Shown: one piece after another, positions 17,477-25,609 of the stretch
Layout of the letters: the number at the start of each line of letters is the position of its first letter
Numbering within the stretch: position 1 is the stretch's first letter
Source of the DNA: Candidatus Saccharimonas aalborgensis
GTDB lineage: Bacteria; Patescibacteriota; Saccharimonadia; Saccharimonadales; Saccharimonadaceae
Reading direction: 5' to 3'
DNA length: 32,000 nt
Assembly: GCF_000392435.1 (NCBI RefSeq)
Contig: NC_021219.1
Coordinates: 90,001 to 122,000, forward strand
The notes under the pieces: generated by a model
What the model saw: the letters and a program-made list of their open reading frames with translations, nothing else
What the model was told of the DNA's origin: nothing
Database searches by the model: none
Translations under genes and position numbers: made by a program

Positions 17477-18673
17477 TTAGCGACGTTTTTTCACCTTGAT
17501 CGTAGGGGCAAAGTAATCGTCTTCGTAGACTTTTGCAGCTCGCCAGGCCCCCAGTGAGGTACCAAGCGGTAACACCTCACTGTATCCGACGAGATCAGCA
17601 ACTCGACGGATTAGTCCACCAATCCACCCACAAAATCGAAGCCAGCGCCACTCAACAATTGCCCACCTAGCTCCAACCGGTATAGCCTGCACCGGCAAAA
17701 TAGCCTTATACGGCTTCATTGGTCGTCCAGATGTCTGCCTCTTTAGATTACGCGCAACAGTTCGCGCATCATGAATTGCCGTCTGGGCAAGACCAGTGAA
17801 CGGTGTTGCCGCATTGTCACCGATGACATAGATATCCTTATTTGCCTGCAAATATTGATCAACTTCGACGCGACCATTTTTTGCCAGTCGAAACACCGAT
17901 GGATTGTTAGCAAAAAATGGATGATTCGTTACTCCAGAGGTCCAAATGACGGTATGACTATCGATCGAAGCACCGCTCACAATTAATTCATGAGCCGTCT
18001 CCCTTTCGACTTTTTTACCGGTTTCTACACGCACACCAAGTTTCTTTAGACGTCGCGTTACCCTACGACTTGTCTGCTCTGATAGCCGAGGTAAGATTCG
18101 CGGCATCGCTTCTACCAGGCGAATATTTACCGTACGTTCTCTGATATGATACCGCTTCATGAGTCGCTTCAGATACGTTCCCATCGCCGCCGATAATTCA
18201 ACGCCGGTTGGACCGCCACCGATAATAATGTAGTTTTTATCGAGATGATGATTCTCGGCGATGTCAATCGAAAGCCGTCGTTTTAACCGCTTGATCTCTT
18301 CTTCGGACTTAATGCCGTAGGCGTAGGTCTCTAGTCCTGGGATACCAAAATAGGTTGTCACGACACCAATCGCAATAATACACACTTCATAATGATAAGA
18401 GGTTCCCGACTCACCGCCGACAACTTTCTGCTCTACATCGATCGATGTGATAGTGTCGATATACACTTCGACATTACTACTCTCGGCGAAAATCTCGCCC
18501 AATGGAGCCCAAGATTCAAGATGACTATGTCCAGTAGCGGAGCTATATAAGGTTGGGTAATACTGAAACTCTGTGCTATCTGAAATAAGCGTGATGTGAT
18601 TGCGGCTATCTTTTGACAACTCAAGTGCTGCCTTGATACCACCGAATCCGCCGCCAACAATTATAATATTCAT
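17477..18673 (-). CDS. Type II NADH dehydrogenase (NDH-2) / pyridine nucleotide-disulfide oxidoreductase
   Basis: 398 aa; NIIIVGGGFGGIKAALEL, NYIIIGGGPTGVELSAAMGTYL, VIWTSGVTNHPF, DIYVIGDNAATPFTGLAQTAIHDA. Confidence 0.88.
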   Translation of the reverse strand: MNIIIVGGGFGGIKAALELSKDSRNHITLISDSTEFQYYPTLYSSATGHSHLESWAPLGEIFAESSNVEVYIDTITSIDVEQKVVGGESGTSYHYEVCIIAIGVVTTYFGIPGLETYAYGIKSEEEIKRLKRRLSIDIAENHHLDKNYIIIGGGPTGVELSAAMGTYLKRLMKRYHIRERTVNIRLVEAMPRILPRLSEQTSRRVTRRLKKLGVRVETGKKVERETAHELIVSGASIDSHTVIWTSGVTNHPFFANNPSVFRLAKNGRVEVDQYLQANKDIYVIGDNAATPFTGLAQTAIHDARTVARNLKRQTSGRPMKPYKAILPVQAIPVGARWAIVEWRWLRFCGWIGGLIRRVADLVGYSEVLPLGTSLGAWRAAKVYEDDYFAPTIKVKKRR

Positions 18674-18760
18674 CGCTACTTACAAAAAACGTACTATTAT
18701 TTTTTTCACTGGTAGTATAATAGCAGATGAAAGCATAAGCGTAAAAGGAAATTGGTCACT

Positions 18761-20023
18761 ATGGATGGATTCTTAGCAGCGCGTTCACTGATTGGACATT
18801 CGCTTGCATTTCATATTTTGATCGTTGCGCTCTCCATCGGCCTCCCGGTGCTGCTTAGTTTATTTGAGTGGTACGCGTGGCGCAAAAATAGCGAACGTCT
18901 CAGAGCATTTGTGCGACTGCTCGCGAAATGGACCGCCGTGTTTGTGATCGGTGGTATTTTCACCGGAACAATCATTGCACTTCAAATGTCAACGCTTTGG
19001 GCCCCATTTATGAATGAAGTACGTCCGACTGTCGGGAAGTTCTTTCAGCTCGAGGGCTACATGTTTCTTATTGAGGCAGCGTTCTTGTCATGGTATCTCG
19101 GTACGATGAAGCAAACTGGCACGCTCCGTCATTTTTTGATAAGCATTCCTATTAGTATCGGTTCTATAGGTTCGGCATTTTTCATTACTGCAGTTAACGC
19201 GTTCATGAATAACTCGACAGCGACATTGACGTCGACAACTATCAATGAGGTGTCCCACTCAGTTGCATCCTATATTTTTGCGACAACGTTATTAGTGCTC
19301 GCGTATGTTGTGTGGCGCAATCTCCACAAACAGCCTGCTTCTACGAAAACATTTCTAAATTGGACCATCAAGCGGCTCGTCGCTGTTTCAGCTATTTTAC
19401 TGGTAACACTCGCATTGTTAGGTCATCAATCTGCCGTCAATATTGCCGAGACACAGCCCGCCAAACTCGCCGCCATCGAGCTACTCGACAAAACACAGTC
19501 AAACGCACCGCTCCGTATCGGTGGTGACATCGATGCCAACGGTAAAGCCGAGGGAGGTATTGTACTACCCGGTATGCTGAGCCTCCTCGCAGGATATTCA
19601 ACTGCCTATGAGGTAAAAGGGCTAGACCAGGTACCGCGCTACCAATGGCCCCCGCTCATTGTCCATCTCTTATTCGATACAAAGATGGCACTTGTTGGCC
19701 TCTCGTCACTTCTCGTTCTTGGTGCGATATTCTTTCTGTGGCGCAAGGGGTCGTTTCCTCGCTGGTTTAGCATCACCTTTATCCCTCTTAGTGTCGTCGG
19801 AATGATTATGATGGAGTTAGGCTGGTTTATCACTGAACTCGGGCGTCAAACCTGGACTGTTGCCGGAAAACAAACTACCGCAGCAGCCTTTACGCATGGT
19901 GCAACTATCGGCAACAGTCTGTTTATCTTTATCCTCCTCTTTGCTGTGCTTAGCTGTGCAACCGCTTTCGCACTCGCTTATACGACTAGGCATTGGCGCG
20001 CCACGGAGAAAACATCATGGTAG
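18761..20023 (+). CDS. Cytochrome bd-type oxidase subunit I (CydA-like)
   Basis: ARSLIGHSLAFHILIVALSIGLPVLL, FQLEGYMFLIEAAFLSWYLG, INEVSHSVASYIFATTLLVLAYVVW, QPAKLAAIELLD, FDTKMALVGLSSLLVL, WFITELGRQTWTVAG. An alternative TTG start at 18752 has better SD spacing. Confidence 0.88.
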   Translation: MDGFLAARSLIGHSLAFHILIVALSIGLPVLLSLFEWYAWRKNSERLRAFVRLLAKWTAVFVIGGIFTGTIIALQMSTLWAPFMNEVRPTVGKFFQLEGYMFLIEAAFLSWYLGTMKQTGTLRHFLISIPISIGSIGSAFFITAVNAFMNNSTATLTSTTINEVSHSVASYIFATTLLVLAYVVWRNLHKQPASTKTFLNWTIKRLVAVSAILLVTLALLGHQSAVNIAETQPAKLAAIELLDKTQSNAPLRIGGDIDANGKAEGGIVLPGMLSLLAGYSTAYEVKGLDQVPRYQWPPLIVHLLFDTKMALVGLSSLLVLGAIFFLWRKGSFPRWFSITFIPLSVVGMIMMELGWFITELGRQTWTVAGKQTTAAAFTHGATIGNSLFIFILLFAVLSCATAFALAYTTRHWRATEKTSW

Positions 20024-20547
20024 AAACACTTTACATCCTCATACTTATTCCGGTGCTTTTGTACCTATTCTTTTCGGTGTTGGAGATTTGGCTGGTATAT
20101 CGGATTGCACTGCGCAATCACAGTCGATCCTTATTATTTATCCAGGGTTCAACCGAGCTTACTCATACACTGCTCGTATTTGCTTATGCGCAGTTTATGG
20201 TGACGTTTTCGAGTCTCCTCATAGATATTGGTGGCGAGCTCTATTGGCCGATCGCGCTACTTATGGCAACCCTATTACTTCGCGGCTCTACCTACCTTTT
20301 GCTCTTTTATCGTGAGCGGCCGCCGCGCTGGATGTATCTTGTACTCCTCGGCACCTACCTCGTGGGGGTTACTTCACTTGTCTGGGCGCTATTGATTGTT
20401 ATTCCCGCTATCGCAACAAAGGGCTTCATACCCGACACCACCAACATCGATCTCGTACTCACCGTTGGCTTACCTGCACTCGCCTTTGTCATGATCCCGA
20501 TCATTGCTGTTTACAAGAGTGCTTTTGCCGCTCTTCGTAAAAAATGA
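20017..20547 (+). CDS. Five-TM membrane protein in the CydB position, coupled to cydA
   Basis: 176 aa from ATG 20017, 7-nt overlap with the cydA stop. About five predicted TM segments; much shorter than canonical CydB (about 340-380 aa). Assignment as the second subunit rests on gene position. Confidence 0.55.
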   Translation: MVETLYILILIPVLLYLFFSVLEIWLVYRIALRNHSRSLLFIQGSTELTHTLLVFAYAQFMVTFSSLLIDIGGELYWPIALLMATLLLRGSTYLLLFYRERPPRWMYLVLLGTYLVGVTSLVWALLIVIPAIATKGFIPDTTNIDLVLTVGLPALAFVMIPIIAVYKSAFAALRKK

Positions 20548-20560
20548 TCATATATTAACT

Positions 20561-20589
20561 TTGACTTTTTGTACACTTAAGATTATGAT
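20561..20589 (+). promoter_or_regulatory. Sigma70-type promoter for the 67-aa ORF
   Basis: TTGACT (20561-20566), 17-nt spacer, TATGAT (20584-20589). A second possible -10, TATAAT, lies at 20595-20600. Confidence 0.55.
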
Positions 20590-20600
20590 TATCATATAAT

Positions 20601-20616
20601 CTCATCAGCCGATGAG
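20601..20616 (+). promoter_or_regulatory. 5' leader hairpin
   Basis: CTCATC-agcc-GATGAG perfect 6-bp stem near the predicted transcript start. Confidence 0.5.
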
Positions 20617-20643
20617 GTTATCTCGAGAGAGGAGTGTCATAGC

Positions 20644-20847
20644 ATGGCAGACTGTTACTATCACGGTTACTCAGGCGGTCCCGGGAGGTGTATACACTGC
20701 GACAGGGAACAGCAGGCCAATCTGGAACCTGGCACCCTGGATGGTTACGACCAAGAGGTCACCACTCACGACTGGCGACATGGTCGGATTGGTCGGATCG
20801 GCCAACCCGGCATTCCGCCCCAGCCCAACACCCCGCCTTCTCGTTAA
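20644..20847 (+). CDS. 67-aa protein with putative zinc knuckle (CX2H-X8-CX2C)
   Basis: MADCYYHGYSGGPGRCIHCDREQQANLEPGTLDGYDQEVTTHDWRHGRIGRIGQPGIPPQPNTPPSR; SD-like AGAGGAG near 20626-20633; own promoter and terminator. Confidence 0.62.
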   Translation: MADCYYHGYSGGPGRCIHCDREQQANLEPGTLDGYDQEVTTHDWRHGRIGRIGQPGIPPQPNTPPSR

Positions 20848-20906
20848 CCCCGCACCGGCACATCCCCAAAGAAGGGGCTTCGCGAACGATGCGGGGCCCC
20901 TTTTTT
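20848..20906 (+). terminator. Rho-independent terminator with nested stems
   Basis: CCCCGCA (20848-20854) pairs with TGCGGGG (20890-20896), with inner CCCC (20864-20867)/GGGG (20874-20877), followed by cccc TTTTTT (20901-20906). Confidence 0.75.
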
Positions 20907-20914
20907 AATTTCGT

Positions 20915-22696
20915 CTACGCGGCGATATCAAACTCTGCTAGTTTCTTTTTGGCGGCCTCAGAGGTGCCAAGTTGGAGCGCAAGGAGTTGACCGTAAATAC
21001 CCTTTGTCTTACTCAACTGAGCGGGAGTACCGATCTCATCCACCTTGCCATTCTTGAGTGTGACGATCATATCTACCTCTGCAATGGTACTAAGACGGTG
21101 CGCGATCACTAGCGTTGTGCGATCTTTCATCAGTCTATCGAGCGCTTGCTGCACCTCGTGTTCGGCACGACTATCAAGACTGCTGGTGGCTTCATCGAGA
21201 ATGAGAATCGGAGCGTCTTTGAGCAAAGCACGCGCGATCGAAATACGCTGTTTTTGACCGCCACTCAATTTGATACCACGCTCACCTATTTCAGTGTCGT
21301 AGCCATTCGGAAATGCTGAGATGAAATCATGCGCGTTAGCAGCCTTGGCCGCTTTTTCAATTTCTTTATCGGTTGCATCAGGTTTCGCATACGAAATATT
21401 CTCACGCACCGTTCCACTAAATAACGCCGCATCCTGAAATACCGTTGCAATATTCTTTCGCAAGCTGTGACGCGACACCATACTAATGTCTTGTCCGTCG
21501 ATCACGACGCGTCCTGCAGTGGGTTGGTAGAGCCCCATCAGAAGATTTGAGATCGTCGACTTACCACCTCCAGACTCACCGACAAGTGCCAGCTTCGTCC
21601 CGGGTTCAATCGAAAAACTGATATTTTTTAGTACCTGATTTCCCTTAGCTCCATACGAAAAATTAACTCCCCTATACTCAATCGCCGCCTTTTGGATCAG
21701 TAGCTCCGCGCTACTTGCTTCCGGCTCGGGCGATTCCTGAAGTGCCGCCAAGTAATCACGACTATTCGCCACGGCGCGCTGATAGCTGTCTACAAAGAAG
21801 CTAAGACCGTTGAGCGGCATACTTGCCTGCTGAATCAAAACAACGAGCATGGCGATATCACCAACCGAAAGCTGTCCCTGTCCAGCCAAATAAAAAATCA
21901 CGAGCAGACTCAGCGCACGAATAATGCCAAAGATCATGCCCCTCCAAAAATTCATCGTATGCCAGAACCGTGACTGCTCTCTGGTGAGAGCGATCATACT
22001 GCTAACCTCACCATCAAAAAGTGCGTATTCGCGTCGTTCCGTCACAAAACTTTTGACAAGCCGGATCTGCCCAACCACTTCCGCAAAGCGACCGCTCGCA
22101 GTATCAAAATGTTGGTTTTTTTGTTTCTCGAGTTCCTGCCACTTTCCACTTGTGCGTGCTGTCAGATAGAGATTCGCGGGTATCAGTATGGCGAATAGTA
22201 TCGCTAATTGCCATCCATAAAATGCCAATACCGCCAGTGTTAATGTCGTGGTCAGTAACATCTGCAGTAGGTTGTTTGAGAAAAACTGAAAGAAATTGGT
22301 AATATCTGTGATCGCTCGGCTGAGTCGATTAATGATTTTACCTGTCACTTCATTGTCAAAATAGTGCTGAGGAAGTGTCAAAAGATGACGATAGTATGCC
22401 GATGAAAGCTGGTGGCGAGCACGAATTGCCAACTGATCACCCACATACCCACTCACATCAGTAATAAGCGCGCTGAGAAGTGCAACACCAGCCAATGCGC
22501 TCCCGAACCAAATGATATGATTCCAGTCAAAAGCGACATGATGTGCGTTGATAGCTACCACCCAATCAGTTGCAAGTTTGATGACATACGGCGGCACAAA
22601 GGAAAGCAGCGAGCTAATTAACGCTAAGGAGCCGATGACAACCATATAGCGTCCGAGTCCAGTGGTGAAGCCAAAGATTGTTCGAATTGATTTCAT
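20915..22696 (-). CDS. ABC exporter, fused permease/ATP-binding (MsbA/MdlB-like)
   Basis: 593 aa; Walker A ALVGESGGGKSTISNLL, signature IKLSGGQKQRISIARALLKDAPILILDEATSSLD, N-terminal six-TM-type permease. Confidence 0.94.
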   Translation of the reverse strand: MKSIRTIFGFTTGLGRYMVVIGSLALISSLLSFVPPYVIKLATDWVVAINAHHVAFDWNHIIWFGSALAGVALLSALITDVSGYVGDQLAIRARHQLSSAYYRHLLTLPQHYFDNEVTGKIINRLSRAITDITNFFQFFSNNLLQMLLTTTLTLAVLAFYGWQLAILFAILIPANLYLTARTSGKWQELEKQKNQHFDTASGRFAEVVGQIRLVKSFVTERREYALFDGEVSSMIALTREQSRFWHTMNFWRGMIFGIIRALSLLVIFYLAGQGQLSVGDIAMLVVLIQQASMPLNGLSFFVDSYQRAVANSRDYLAALQESPEPEASSAELLIQKAAIEYRGVNFSYGAKGNQVLKNISFSIEPGTKLALVGESGGGKSTISNLLMGLYQPTAGRVVIDGQDISMVSRHSLRKNIATVFQDAALFSGTVRENISYAKPDATDKEIEKAAKAANAHDFISAFPNGYDTEIGERGIKLSGGQKQRISIARALLKDAPILILDEATSSLDSRAEHEVQQALDRLMKDRTTLVIAHRLSTIAEVDMIVTLKNGKVDEIGTPAQLSKTKGIYGQLLALQLGTSEAAKKKLAEFDIAA

Positions 22697-22767
22697 CTGA
22701 CTAGTATACTATGAAATACCTATTTGCCGAGACTCGTGCAGCCGCTACTAGCGTCAATACGCCACTT

Positions 22768-24261
22768 TTACTGACTCACTTCACATAGTTTCCGAAAAAT
22801 CTCGACCATAGCGAGAGTATCGAGTGCACAATACTCACGCAGCTCGTCAAATACCACACGTCGCTCACACTCATCCATAGATAACGAAAGTACCGCCTCC
22901 ATCCACCGCTTCTGGGCAACTGCACCATCAGCAATCGCCATGTTTCGATAGGAAAGCTCAGGGACGAGTGCCGGTAGAACCTTTTTTATGCTCGCGCTTC
23001 CGCCTAACTGAATATCAGCATAATAACCTTTATAGAAAAGTTCTATTGGGTCGCGCATTCGTTCGTTAAGAGCCAAAAGGTCTGCACTATACTCTGACAC
23101 CAGGCGCGCCATCGTTTCATTGCAGCGCTGCTCAAAACCCATACTCCACGCTACAATAGAGCCGTTATTACCAATTGACGAAAGTAGGTGTGGCACCAAC
23201 TGCCCAGCCGGCATATCGGCCATCTCGTGTAAATACATCGCATGCCGAACCTCACTATCAGGAGAATCAAGCACATGGAGTGAATATTGAAACGGTACTT
23301 GTTCATACGGTTTCACGCCATCATAAGGAGGCACAACACCAGCTGCTGTTTCGTAATCGAGAAAATACAGCGGGTACTCAAGCGTAGAGAGCCACTCGCG
23401 AATCTTTTGTTTATCGATGTTTATGCCGCCCGCTTTTGCTGCTTCGATGTGCGCGACAAGGGCTGGCCGCTCGACAAGGTGCGGTGGAATATCTGCGAGC
23501 TTTGAAATGCCCAATTCTTCACAAGTCGCAAGCAACGCCGGGCTAATAAGCACACTGCTGTAGATCGAGTCCTCACCGCTAGGCCAGAGTGTTTGATGGA
23601 TCTCTAGCCAGCCTCTTAGACCTTGTCTACTCGCAAGCGACGGTGAAGGATCGGGCATTGTCGGACGGAGCACTGTGGCAAGCGCATGCGCAGCAGCGGT
23701 CGCAGTAGAGACCTCCAGCGCTCTCACTTTTTCGGTCACGTCAGTAACGCTACTTAGTTCCAGTGGATCAATATCACCATGACGCACAAAGGAAGGATTG
23801 ACGTGAATCACCGATATATTTCGCGCCTCGTAACCGGCGCCTTCCAAGACAAACAACTGAAATGCTAGATCATAAAGGTGTTCGGGCTTGACGCGCGTGC
23901 TTGATTTTATCTCGTACAGATCAACAACATTCTGGTCAACGACATCAACAATATCACAAATGAACGTAAACGGACCATGCTCAAACCGACCCTGAAAAAT
24001 CGTCCGTGCTCCACCATCTAGTGCCTCCCTGGTGCGCTCAGTAAGTGTACGATACGACGACCAGTTGCTAAACCCAAGGTCAACCGCGCCCGCAAAGCGC
24101 TGCTCAACAAGAGGCTCAAAAGCACTTCCCGCGTCGAATCGTTGTTGCTGCTGAGCGGTCAGAGGAGGCAGACGTTCCAGCTGATGCTTTTTGAGCCACA
24201 ACCAAGCGGGATGCACACGAGACAACATATAATCGGACTTTGTGATGGACACCTCTGACAT
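22768..24261 (-). CDS. DUF2779-like protein (PD-(D/E)XK-like N-terminal plus RNase H-like C-terminal nuclease)
   Basis: 497 aa; ITKSDYMLSRVHPAWLWL, DIVDVVDQNVVDLYEIKSSTRVKPEHLYDLAFQ, YPLYFLDYETAAGVVPPYDGVKPYEQVPFQYSLHVLD, SIVAWSMGFEQRCNETMA. Confidence 0.82.
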   Translation of the reverse strand: MSEVSITKSDYMLSRVHPAWLWLKKHQLERLPPLTAQQQQRFDAGSAFEPLVEQRFAGAVDLGFSNWSSYRTLTERTREALDGGARTIFQGRFEHGPFTFICDIVDVVDQNVVDLYEIKSSTRVKPEHLYDLAFQLFVLEGAGYEARNISVIHVNPSFVRHGDIDPLELSSVTDVTEKVRALEVSTATAAAHALATVLRPTMPDPSPSLASRQGLRGWLEIHQTLWPSGEDSIYSSVLISPALLATCEELGISKLADIPPHLVERPALVAHIEAAKAGGINIDKQKIREWLSTLEYPLYFLDYETAAGVVPPYDGVKPYEQVPFQYSLHVLDSPDSEVRHAMYLHEMADMPAGQLVPHLLSSIGNNGSIVAWSMGFEQRCNETMARLVSEYSADLLALNERMRDPIELFYKGYYADIQLGGSASIKKVLPALVPELSYRNMAIADGAVAQKRWMEAVLSLSMDECERRVVFDELREYCALDTLAMVEIFRKLCEVSQ

Positions 24262-24279
24262 GCCCTCAGTATAGCAAAT

Positions 24280-24816
24280 CTAGCAGGCAGCGATCAGCGC
24301 ACTCACAGTAGCGTCGATTTTTTTGGAGACAGCTTCGTCATCCTGAACTGCTCCATCGACTGCGAGATCTTGCATAAATTGTAAGCCGGCTATTGGCTCA
24401 ATAAGCTTCATGTGCAACACTTCATTCATCAACTCTAGATGTTGATAGGCATGCTTTGCAGCATAAAATCCGTAGCCGACAAATGCCACAGGCTTACCCT
24501 CCCACTCTTTATAAATCCAGTCGATCGCGTTTTTCTGAACACCACTTAGGCTATGGTTGTATTCTGGCGAAACCAATACCACGCCATCAGCTTCTTTTAC
24601 CATCGTCGTCCACTGTAATACTGATTGATGTTCTGGACTAAATCCCTCCATAGAAGGTGGTAGGGCGCTGTCAAAAAAAGGTAACGCTAACTTACTGAGA
24701 TCGGCGACAGATACTACTGCGTCTTTTTCTTGCAATTTCTTAACTACATACGGTACCACCTGTTGACCCGCGCTATTTGGTCGTACGCTCCCTGTTACAA
24801 CGACTATTTTTACCAT
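24280..24816 (-). CDS. NADPH-dependent FMN reductase family protein
   Basis: 178 aa; VVVTGSVRPNSAGQQVVPYV, DGVVLVSPEYNHSLSGVQKNAIDWIYKEWEGKPVAFVGYG. Confidence 0.92.
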   Translation of the reverse strand: MVKIVVVTGSVRPNSAGQQVVPYVVKKLQEKDAVVSVADLSKLALPFFDSALPPSMEGFSPEHQSVLQWTTMVKEADGVVLVSPEYNHSLSGVQKNAIDWIYKEWEGKPVAFVGYGFYAAKHAYQHLELMNEVLHMKLIEPIAGLQFMQDLAVDGAVQDDEAVSKKIDATVSALIAAC

Positions 24817-24873
24817 ATATCCCCCTTCGCCTTACAATAGTTGATACATCGCCATCATTGCTATACTGTTCTT

Positions 24874-25164
24874 ATGGCCTTTAATCATTATGCAAAGATT
24901 GCTCGAATCATCAATAGTCTCGCCTCATCATGGATCGTCGTACGCATTGACAAACCAACCACTGCAAAAAAATTCAATGGCGGGCAAGCATATTATGATC
25001 ACTATTACAGAGTGTACGACGGTCAACACCGCCCCATACCCTATTGCAAATTTCAGCAACTAGAGCGCTTTGCCCGCGTTATGCAGCTCGACATTAATGA
25101 GATACCTGTAGTTGACGAAGGCGCTTTAACGGCGATCAAAATGAATAGGTCATCAGACGATTGA
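24874..25164 (+). CDS. Hypothetical protein
   Basis: 96 aa from the likely start MAFNHYAKIARIINSL. Occupies an otherwise empty interval and is tail-to-tail with the GNAT gene. Confidence 0.6.
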   Translation: MAFNHYAKIARIINSLASSWIVVRIDKPTTAKKFNGGQAYYDHYYRVYDGQHRPIPYCKFQQLERFARVMQLDINEIPVVDEGALTAIKMNRSSDD

Positions 25165-25609
25165 CATCGTCAGTCTCATCGTGTTCTCTAAATCCGTTCG
25201 CTTCATAAAAACCGACAGCTTCTGGCAGTGACTCAAGTTTACAGATACTTGCCCCACTCGACTTCATATGATCAAGGATGAACCCGAGCATGTGTGTACC
25301 GACATGTTGACGCCGTACATCGGGGTCCACCGCCAAACCATGGAGCCAAGCTTCAGACTGTCCTCTGCCCCCAGTATAATAATTTGCCAAGCCTACTACT
25401 CTTTGCCCCATGATTCCGGCAACGGCAGCATTCCCATGACGGAAATGTCGTAGGATCTCATTTGCGTGTCGAAGCGACGGTAAACCCGGTCGAGGTACGC
25501 CATGTATTGCATCATACACTCTCAATCCCTCTCGTATGAAGTGAAAATCACCACTCGAAGGAAGTAGTGATCTTGGCACTACGATTGGTCTGATTTCGAG
25601 TGCGCGCAA
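25136..25609 (-). CDS. GNAT-family N-acetyltransferase
   Basis: 157 aa; AWLHGLAVDPDVRRQHVGTHMLGFILDHMKSSGASICKLESLPEAVGFYEANGFRE. Confidence 0.88.
   Translation of the reverse strand: MRALEIRPIVVPRSLLPSSGDFHFIREGLRVYDAIHGVPRPGLPSLRHANEILRHFRHGNAAVAGIMGQRVVGLANYYTGGRGQSEAWLHGLAVDPDVRRQHVGTHMLGFILDHMKSSGASICKLESLPEAVGFYEANGFREHDETDDVNRLMTYSF

Noticed and set aside
20612-20990. Alternative overlapping ORFs (98 and 100 aa) around the 67-aa gene
   Set aside because: Both read through the strong terminator hairpin and overlap the exporter 3' end. Only the 67-aa frame fits between the SD and the terminator.
20915-22696. Possibility that the exporter is a CydDC-type transporter for the oxidase
   Set aside because: It is a single fused half-transporter on the opposite strand with generic MsbA/MdlB features. 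Proximity alone does not support a CydDC role.
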